A DNA stretch of 64,000 nucleotides, taken from Nageia nagi. Lineage: Eukaryota > Plantae > Pinophyta. The stretch is from assembly GCA_050084985.1 (NCBI GenBank), contig JBITNC010000001.1, positions 177,382,001 to 177,446,000 of the forward strand, written 5' to 3'. Of this stretch, positions 58,401 through 64,000 are shown piece by piece. The first letter of the stretch is position 1; the number at the start of each line of letters is the position of its first letter. The notes beneath the pieces are model-generated. The model was not told where the DNA came from and searched no databases. It saw only the letters and a list, made by a program, of their open reading frames with translations. Both the position numbers and the translations under genes were made by a program.

Positions 58401-60969
58401 TTTCATGCACCAGTCAACTGTATTTTTCTTCCATCATGGGTAAATCTTTGTTCATTAATGTTTTAACACTCTATCAAACCTTAAGAGTTGGGTTGATGTT
58501 GCGCTTTATATTTGCGTGAGTGGATATTGTATGACATGATGGATTCTTAAGTAAAAGAGATGTAATTATAAGCCATAGACAATTGCAATGTATCCCACAG
58601 GAAATTTTCTGTTGTATCATAAAATTCCTTTATTAAAATGGAATGCCATTTAAATACCAGTGAAATTCAATGACTCTGGAAACCTTTAATATGATGCCTG
58701 CATCAATTTTCTTATGATTTTAGTTTGTTTATGTTTTAAGATACTTCACATTCACCTGAGACTTTTCTCTGTACTAGTAGTGAGCATTGGAAGCAGCAGG
58801 ATCTAGTCGAAAAACTTATCAGTGGCCTAAGAAAGTGGATGGTGGTTCGTCTCTCCTTTCATGAAGTCTGGATGGTTGTGTTCAGATGTTGAAGATTGTC
58901 ACAGTCGCTGCATGATTACTCTAATTCCTTCCCCATTTGCAAATAGGTCTTACTTATCTTCAGAGTGTCTTTCTCTTGAAATCATGTATAGTATCCAAGT
59001 TTAAATTACTTTGTCATTTTCACATCTCTCCCTAATATTGGTTTTTAATGGTATTTTTTGACAGTAGAAACATTGAGGCAGATTTTCATCACAAACATTA
59101 TTACACATAACTAATGGACAACTTTGAGAATAGTTGGCAGTAGTTCCTGTTTATGAAGAGCTGTCATCTGATGATGCATGATAAAAGATCTATACTTTAG
59201 CATTTGTTGATCTGTCCTGCATTTAGCAAAAATAGAGGAACTAAGAATGAGGAAGTTATTTCTTATGAAGATCCATGTAAAACAAAGAAGGCTAGCGTTG
59301 ATTGATCTATCCCGAATTCAGCAAAACTAGAGGAATTAAGAATTTACTTTGGTGTATTCGTAAATTTGAATTATAAACAACTTTATAGCAATATATAGCC
59401 AATAAATAATTCCATGTCATAAAGAGATACAATCTTCGAAAGATGACATGCCAATGTTTGTAGCACATGTTATCTGTCAAAAACTTTTGGTTCTCCATAT
59501 TATAAATGTGAAGACAGTATCTTATGCTATCTTATAAGTTATTCAACCTTAAATAAATGGTTATAGGCATAATTAGACATACTAATTTAAATTTAACTCT
59601 CTTGTTGATTATGACCTTTTATCCATATGAATAATATTTGAAATATTCCATAAATGATAGTAGGCATAATTAGACATACTAATTTAAATTTAACTCTCTT
59701 GTTGATTATGACCTTTTATCCATATGTATAATAATTGAAATATTCCATAAATGATAAAGTGCTCTAGTTAGTTATTCAGTTGTTTTCAATATTTGTCAGG
59801 TTACCCAGCAATAATTCAATTTATGTAGAAGGTCGAGCTTAAATTCTCTTTCCTTTCATTGCAATTCTAATTTTCAAAGATTCTCTTTGTTTATCTGAAA
59901 TATGAAACGGATCATGGTGTCTCAAAGGTGAAAATCACTAGTTTTTGGGTCATTCTGTTGTTAGATTTTCAGTTGCAGATGTAAAATTTCTAACATTTAT
60001 CTTCGTAATGATATTGCCTTTATTTTTGTTAGTTAAGACAAATGTTCTTTCATTTTTTTTTTCTGTTTTAGGTAAAATAATGCACTATCTTACTTTGGAA
60101 TGTGTTTTATGTTTTATGCTTAGGCTATATGTTTACGCAAGACTATTAATTGTGTACTAGAAGGCATTCAAACTGTGGTGAAGTCTGGGACAGTGGGTAA
60201 GTTAATTATCTGATTAAGTACATGCACTGTTCTATTAGCGAGACTCTCAGAGCAAACAATTAGTGATTTATTTTTATTTCCTATCAATGATCATCTCTTT
60301 CTTTGGTGTAGTTATTATTGGAGAAATTCACTAAGAGTTGTAGATTATATCTATCTGTGGAATTTGTTTTCTAACAAATTCTTTGCACAAAGTTATAGGG
60401 ACATTTGCTTTCCATAGTGATTGTAACACTTCTTCTATTAGTAATGCCCTGATAGTGACCAAGAATGTGTTGGTGGTCCTCGCATTACATGCAGAAACTG
60501 AAACCTGTTTATCCTTTGTTTAATGTGAATAGTTTTGTATTGACATGATAGCCATTTAGGACTTGCCACCTTCCTTATTTTATCCCGAGTTTATATAACA
60601 GAATTATGGTTTTTCTGTTGTTTATTACTTTTGTGCTGTGTGAGGATCAATTCAAAATCATATACAATACCACATTCAAGATTTTTTATTGAGAATTATA
60701 TGGATCAATTAAGATTTGATCTTGACTCATTTTTAGGTCATCTAATCCTTTAGTGTTGAACTGCAGAGATGATCCTTTGTTTAAATATGTACAGTACATC
60801 CTCTGCTCTTGAATAACTAAGTGTGCAGTTTTTCTTAAATTTTATAATTGTTTTTGTCTCAATCACTATTTGTATATGTTTCCTGGCAGCGTTTCAGGAT
60901 ATGGATGGATTGCTTCCTTGTACTGATGATCTCCTATCATTTATGGTTGTCCTCATGGCTCGAGCGAAG
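4335..60969 (+). CDS. Multi-exon VPS9-domain Rab GEF, VARP/ANKRD27-like; partial (3' exons not found in window). join(4335-4493,22242-22670,32919-33038,41919-42041,58205-58312,60124-60196,60890-60969)
   Basis: Exons have GT donors and AG acceptors and are phase-compatible (0,0,0,0,0,1). The spliced peptide ...NEEHMNQLWLACETWIFGAVHDKIM...STLGVRREF...INKFRTPLEKAICLRK...PCTDDLLSFMVVLMARAK has the VPS9 helical-bundle/VPS9-domain pattern (P-x-x-K-x-x-C-L, DDLL). Confidence 0.85.
7401..7899 (-). repeat. Copia 3' LTR
   Basis: About 32 substitutions out of 499 versus 15305-15803 (hand count). Confidence 0.97.
8596..12531 (-). pseudogene. Disrupted copia gag-pol polyprotein
   Basis: LDGSNFGMW (gag), degenerate zinc knuckle CNYYGIQGHKEVDC, WIVDSGCTNH (protease), LWHHHLGH and LRSDNGGEY (integrase), QLDIKSAFLNG/LYGLKQAP/YVDDLL (RT), SWASKKQ/TKHVEI (RNase H). 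Broken by stops and frameshifts into about nine ORF pieces. Confidence 0.97.
15305..15803 (-). repeat. Copia 5' LTR
   Basis: Adjacent to the Met-type PBS; matches 7401-7899. Confidence 0.97.
16193..18050 (-). mobile_element. Non-LTR-type retroposed insertion (1.86 kb) with a decayed non-RT ORF
   Basis: 19-bp TSD GAATTATGAAATCTCAGAT at 16174-16192 and 18051-18069; A-rich tail on the minus strand at 16193. Decayed ORF LLEKVGWLPFL...IPPKWKGVTIVIMQCLTL...FHFAFFNVFR...VNIPFYLFCSL followed by an acidic region (16382..16978). Confidence 0.8.
19235..19497. repeat. ~62-bp degenerate tandem repeat, about 4 copies
   Basis: Recurring AAGATCAAT...CACCA..CTTAGGTG.CATTAAGCACACATG.TTTTTG.AAGAA. Confidence 0.85.
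22242..22670 (+). CDS. Internal exon of the VPS9/VARP-like gene (KEANSWRIV...SSLSDE)
   Basis: CAG acceptor, 143 open codons inside ORF 22170..22739, GAG|GTCAGT donor. Confidence 0.85.
23870..25130. repeat. Nested tandem duplications (~500-bp and ~290-bp units)
   Basis: GAGTTTTGATGT..AACTTGCTCC at ~23872 and ~24375; CAAAACCTTCC...AAAAACCTACTGGGAA..TTAGGAATCT three times. Confidence 0.85.
27216..28957 (+). pseudogene. Decayed coiled-coil ORF inside the LTR element; 27860-28275 resembles WEB-family (At5g16730-like) proteins
   Basis: ORFs 27653, 28031 and 28349 share one frame, separated by single stops; K/E/L heptad composition; motif AESMK...KLLGKEREVQSILQENENLK. Confidence 0.7.
29387..30953 (+). 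repeat. 3' LTR (~1.57 kb) of the coiled-coil-carrying element
   Basis: TG start right after the PPT; TATA-like TATAAAA near 30328. The end is inferred from an imperfect TSD and reads CC rather than CA. Confidence 0.75.
30959..31447 (+). mobile_element. 3' end of an RTE-like LINE (probably continues upstream at ~25200-25574)
   Basis: Shares the CTAGTCCCATTGACC.CTTTTGGTCA...T/TTTC tail with 52560-52757. Confidence 0.55.
32919..33038 (+). CDS. Internal exon (FRLEAWRGTMQRIIKTLVDQLLTCNPSLKSCMTNEEHMNQ)
   Basis: CATCAG acceptor, CAG|GTATAA donor, 40 codons, phase 0/0. Confidence 0.9.
34173..40169 (-). mobile_element. Non-autonomous Gypsy (chromovirus-like) LTR element / LARD with a long repetitive hydrophobic ORF
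   Basis: ~870-bp LTRs at 34173-35040 and 39298-40169 (roughly 90% identical by eye), TSD GTCCA on both sides, PBS TGGTATCAGAGT at 39285-39296, CTTGAGGACGAG...AGGATGGACT tail/PPT. No PR/RT/RH/IN motifs seen. Confidence 0.93.
35118..39039 (-). pseudogene. Decayed ~3.9-kb ORF chain of unknown function inside the LTR element
   Basis: Near-contiguous minus-strand ORFs (38440..39039, 38026..38403, 37070..37708, 36804..37052, 36024..36791, 35626..36027, 35487..35759, 35118..35462); 7/8-aa AAxL-type repeats in 36000-37500. Confidence 0.6.
40175..41450 (-). mobile_element. Decayed RTE-like LINE RT fragment (probably continues at ~33600-34167, split by the LTR element)
   Basis: CFLEFR*AFHII (like CFVDFKKAFD) near 41200 and VFKSIVNPIALYFCGFG (like F.TLV.P.LLYG.EVWG) near 40630. 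Confidence 0.6.
41919..42041 (+). CDS. Internal exon, VPS9 helical bundle (LWLACETWIFGAVHDKIMGACKQMFAVKDKILDETLAKLEQ)
   Basis: TGCAG acceptor, CAG|GTAACA donor, 41 codons. Confidence 0.92.
42781..45552 (+). mobile_element. Long solo LTR (~2.77 kb), probably Tat/Ogre/Athila-type Gypsy
   Basis: Termini TGTTG...CAATA (CAACA with C>T), near-TSD ATATG/GTATG; internal GC-rich repeats (GGCTAAGT, GCGCAAGT); a related copy at 49366-52250. Strand and lineage are inferred. Confidence 0.8.
46340..46600 (+). mobile_element. RTE-like LINE fragment (continues at 47839-48305, 49330-49365, ~52257-52757)
   Basis: QLFNTLVTYTVLYGVEVWG motif; downstream CHLC...IESEDHFIL*C zinc-finger-like end across the MITE; (TTTC)n tail near 52740. 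Confidence 0.75.
46600..47838 (+). mobile_element. 3' remnant of a hAT transposon (dimerization-domain exons and right end)
   Basis: 46775-46916 WTHFGHGTPELQRLIIDILSQTCNTSSCEHNRCAFEKVHSKKCNR, then a GT-AG intron, then from 47044 ..CLNDIVYVYVNLRL; ends in TTTTTTAACATTG. Left boundary approximate. Confidence 0.85.
48306..49321. mobile_element. hAT MITE
   Basis: 8-bp TSD ATTTCATC at 48298-48305 and 49322-49329; imperfect TIR TAGGGAAACATGGG / CCCATGTGTAACCTTG; GGGAC/GTCCC subterminal motifs. Confidence 0.85.
49366..52252 (-). mobile_element. Second long solo-LTR-like repeat, related to 42781-45552 and inverted relative to it
   Basis: 49366-50560 is a reverse-complement match to ~44390-45552; 52130-52250 matches ~42823-42950. 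No TSD found. Confidence 0.75.
53000..55500 (-). mobile_element. Decayed RTE-like LINE (RT region), split by a solo LTR
   Basis: CCFVDFKNAFDIVPR (~55075-55125), IILFADDV (~54925-54950), PTVLYSSEVWG (~53765-53797). Outer boundaries approximate. Confidence 0.85.
53847..54635. mobile_element. Solo LTR (789 bp)
   Basis: Terminal inverted repeat TGTAATATT...AATATTACA; near-TSD AAAAT/ACAAT; interrupts the LINE. Confidence 0.8.
55629..56051. mobile_element. Possible old hAT MITE
   Basis: CATAGTGTTGGGACTC start (similar start near 31528) and GAGTGTCAATGTTATG end; TSD poor. Confidence 0.4.
56292..56538. mobile_element. Short hAT MITE (247 bp)
   Basis: TIR CATAGTTATGAAAC / GTTTCACAACTATG; 8-bp TSD TTCATCAT/ATCATCAT. 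Confidence 0.8.
58205..58312 (+). CDS. Internal exon, start of VPS9 domain (VDPSTLGVRREFETFVLGDALYQFKLINKFRTPLEK)
   Basis: TTTTTCCAG acceptor, AAG|GTAACT donor, 36 codons; absent from the ORF track. Confidence 0.92.
59564..59757. repeat. 97-bp near-perfect tandem duplication
   Basis: TAGGCATAATTAGACATACTAATTT... at 59564 and 59661. Confidence 0.92.
60124..60196 (+). CDS. Internal exon, VPS9 domain (AICLRKTINCVLEGIQTVVKSGTV)
   Basis: TTTAG acceptor, G|GTAAGT donor, 73 nt (phase 0/1); completes TPLEK-AICL. Confidence 0.9.
60890..60969 (+). CDS. Internal exon with the VPS9 catalytic Asp motif (AFQDMDGLLPCTDDLLSFMVVLMARAK)
   Basis: GGCAG acceptor in phase 1 matching the previous exon, AAG|GTTTGT donor, DDLL motif. 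Confidence 0.92.
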
Positions 60970-62455
60970 GTTTGTGCCTTCCTCTATATTGCCTTCCTGA
61001 TCTATGTGGACTTGCACTCCAATTTCTTTTTGATATGAATACCTAGCATGTGGGGAATCATCTATGTGGCTGCCTAAGCAATTTCTTTGGGGCCCATTGC
61101 TATACTTATTTTAGAAATTCTATACTGAGCTTTAATTTTAGAATATTGATTATCAGGATCATATTGTAGAGGCTTTATTTTTGTTGCTCTCTGTTTTACT
61201 CTAGTGGGTTATAGGGATTGATTTTTTCTTTTCTGACTTGTTTTCTAAGACTAATTTCCTATATGTTCCTCCATCATGTCCTACACAAAGGCATTTTACT
61301 GGTCACATTGGATCTCTTTGTTGGATTTCTTTAAAGGAATCTGAAAATTTTCACTTGCAGATGAGTTTCCAGTGCTGAATGTTAATTAAATTAATAGAAC
61401 AAACTTACAGTTTGTGCAGTAAGAAAATGAATCAACATAACAGATTTTCCTGCAAAAGAAGCAATGCATCACTGTTAGGCAGGACAGAATCATGCTTATA
61501 GATCTCTGACAATTTGAATGATGATCAGGCATTTGGTTGGCTTAACGCCTTTCAAGCCATCGATACAGGACAAGACCAAGTTGCGTATTACTTGCAATTT
61601 TAAACCATGTACCATGGCTCTGCTATGGTCTGTGAAACTTCATGAAAGTTGGCTGCAGAGAAAAGGAATGCTTATGTACAAAGAAGGAAGCCTTGAGACA
61701 AATTGTTAATAGCCTTAGTCAACAAATTGAACTTGAGACAAAACACTCATTGCTAGAGAATCTATCAAACATGTTAGATCAATAATTCTGCATGGACTTC
61801 TAAAGGGACTTCAATACTTCTCAATATCTTAGTTCAAGGCCTCGTGCCTTAATGGATACTCGTCTTCTAAAACCAATACTGCTTACTTAAAGAACTCAAT
61901 GCATAAACATTAGAGTTTTTAATGCAGCATAGAGCATCAATGGCTACCTTTTATTAAGTGTTATAGAAAACAAAAGGAAAAACATGCTCTGCAAAGGAAA
62001 CTACCCAATAATTTACTAAAATACCATGATACTATTGTATGATAGAGGTTGGGAATGACCCTTGGTCTTCCCTTAAGTTACATTTACTACCTAAATGTTA
62101 GAACAAATAGAATATATGACATATTGGCCACCAAACAATTGCAGATGAAAGTTACAGACTACAGTTATATTTAGGAACATTTGTTTTATAAGATTGCTTA
62201 GAAAATTATTTCATTTTTCTGATATCAGTCTTCTGTCATCTGATCTGGAATAGAAATAACCATGGTTTAGAAGTGAGGAATCAGGTTGATAGTTGTGCAA
62301 GGTAGAACAGGGTTAAGCAAAGAATTCAAATTTGTCTTCTTCCTCCATTATTGGCATTACCATTTCCAACAACAGTAAAACACTCTTGTTATGGAAAAGG
62401 TAGCATGCCTATGTAGCATCTAAATGTAGGCTTAATGGAGAGGCAACCTTTTAGT

Positions 62456-63281
62456 CTATGTTCCATGGGTACCTGTATCTGCCTCGCAAGGCCCTGAATT
62501 GTCAGGCCTAGCATTTTGGGTACTTTGGGATGGGTACAAAATGTCCTCATGGTATACCCTAATTATTTTTTGTTGAGTTGTCCCCAAAACATTTTGTGCT
62601 TGAGGGACCCGAACTGGAAATGTCTCCTTTCTGGGGATGTTCGATGGGACTTCTAGGCATTCCCAAAACTTCCAGGTATCTCGGAGACTCTTGGCTGTCC
62701 CGAGACGCCTTGAAGACTCCTGGCCATTCCCAAAACTTGATGTATTTGTTAGTTTTTTTAAAATCAAATTTCTTTTAATTCTTGGTTTCTTACTGTCATT
62801 GAAATTACTAGTTCACTTTCATAAACCTATAGTTTCTTAGCTGTGACATAAAGTGATGCGGAAAAACAAAATCTAAATCTTATAGTGGATCAGAGAAACT
62901 TGCATAAGGATGTTAGTAAAGAAAAATAATCAGCTTAAAAAAGAAAGGTCTGTTTAATATTTAAAAATATATTTAATATTTAAATACTTAAAAATACATT
63001 TTAATATTTTAAACTATATTTAATATTTTAAATCTTCAAAATATATGTAAATACTAAATATTTAATATTTAAACATTTTAAAAAGTATTTAACATTTAAA
63101 AATATACTTAAATGATTAATTTCAAAAGAATATTTAAAAATCAGAAATCTGTATTATTATTTTTATATATTTTAATATTGTCATCTCCTATCCATCCCTT
63201 GTTGAACCTTTAAATCTGGCCAGATCCCAACCGTCCCCATGAATGCTGTTGTCCCCATCCCATGAACTTCAAGGAACACTG
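62456..63281. mobile_element. hAT MITE
   Basis: 8-bp TSD CTTTTAGT at 62448-62455 and 63282-63289; imperfect TIR CTATGTTCC / GGAACACTG; AT-rich core. Confidence 0.85.
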
Positions 63282-64000
63282 CTTTTAGTTAGGTAGAGGG
63301 TTATTACCATCACAAACTTAATGGAGACACAACCTTTTAGTTAGGTAAAAGATTATGGCCATCACAAACCTAATGGAGAGGCAACCTTTTAATTGGGGGA
63401 AAGTATTATGGGCATTACAAACCTTCCATGGAGAAACCACTTCAAGGTCAACACTATTTGTGTTCCTTGTGATCAACAACCTTTGATGACTTACATATAG
63501 CTCCATTGCATGTCATTATTTTATAGGTGCAAGAGGATTACCCTTAGCACCTCTAAGTTCAATCAAATCATTGCTAAAGATAGCTCATCAATCCTAGGTT
63601 ACACATCCCTTTAGAGTATGACCTTCATCCTTATTAGCTTCACATGGATTTCATTACTACCCATACATTTTCCCTTATAACTTCTATGCATATGCTGAAA
63701 CTTCGCATATATCTACAAATATTGTTACATGTGCATGCGCTATATGGTGTATTCGCCTAACAACCATGTCATTCCATAGATAGCGAATCTGAATCAAAGC
63801 TATATGTAATAAATCTTGTACATTATGCTATTGCTGATGTCACATGATGCCAATACAAGAACACACTAGTTAGAGGACAATTTTTTGTGTGACTAATGGA
63901 AGGCTTCCCCTCTTGTGATTGTAAAACTTTTGATTATACTCCTCCGGTCCCAAGAACATACCAGCCTAAGGTTGTAAAACCTATGATTTGTCTAGGATTG

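Noticed and set aside
58741-58892. Open stretch after an AG acceptor (DTSHSPETFLC...)
   Set aside because: Phase incompatible with the previous exon and no VPS9 similarity.
60769-60816. Candidate exon MILCLNMY.. to follow TPLEK
   Set aside because: Wrong Cys spacing, early stop and no suitable donor; 60124-60196 fits motif and phase.
61000-64000. Search for the next VPS9 exon (acceptors at 61360 and 63526)
   Set aside because: Both hit stops within a few codons in phase 0; the next exon probably lies beyond the window.

Overview
AT-rich eukaryotic plant DNA. Giant TE-filled introns and the repeat types suggest a gymnosperm-like genome (inference). The window lies mostly inside one + strand host gene, whose small exons I spliced by hand: 4335-4493 (tentative), 22242-22670, 32919-33038, 41919-42041, 58205-58312, 60124-60196 and 60890-60969. 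They give a 364-aa partial VPS9-domain protein that resembles the VARP/ANKRD27 subfamily of Rab GEFs more than canonical plant VPS9a; the 3' end was not found in the window. The introns hold: a full-length but decayed Ty1/copia element (7401-15803) nested in a hAT MITE; a 1.86-kb poly(A)-type retroposon with a 19-bp TSD and no RT; two non-autonomous Gypsy/chromovirus-like LTR elements with no recognisable pol domains, one carrying a coiled-coil ORF with an apparently captured WEB-family host segment and one carrying a long hydrophobic 7/8-residue-repeat ORF; two related long solo-LTR-like repeats in inverted orientation; a short solo LTR; decayed RTE-like LINEs; hAT MITEs and a hAT transposase remnant; and local tandem duplications. 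All homology calls come from motif recognition by eye. No searches were run.
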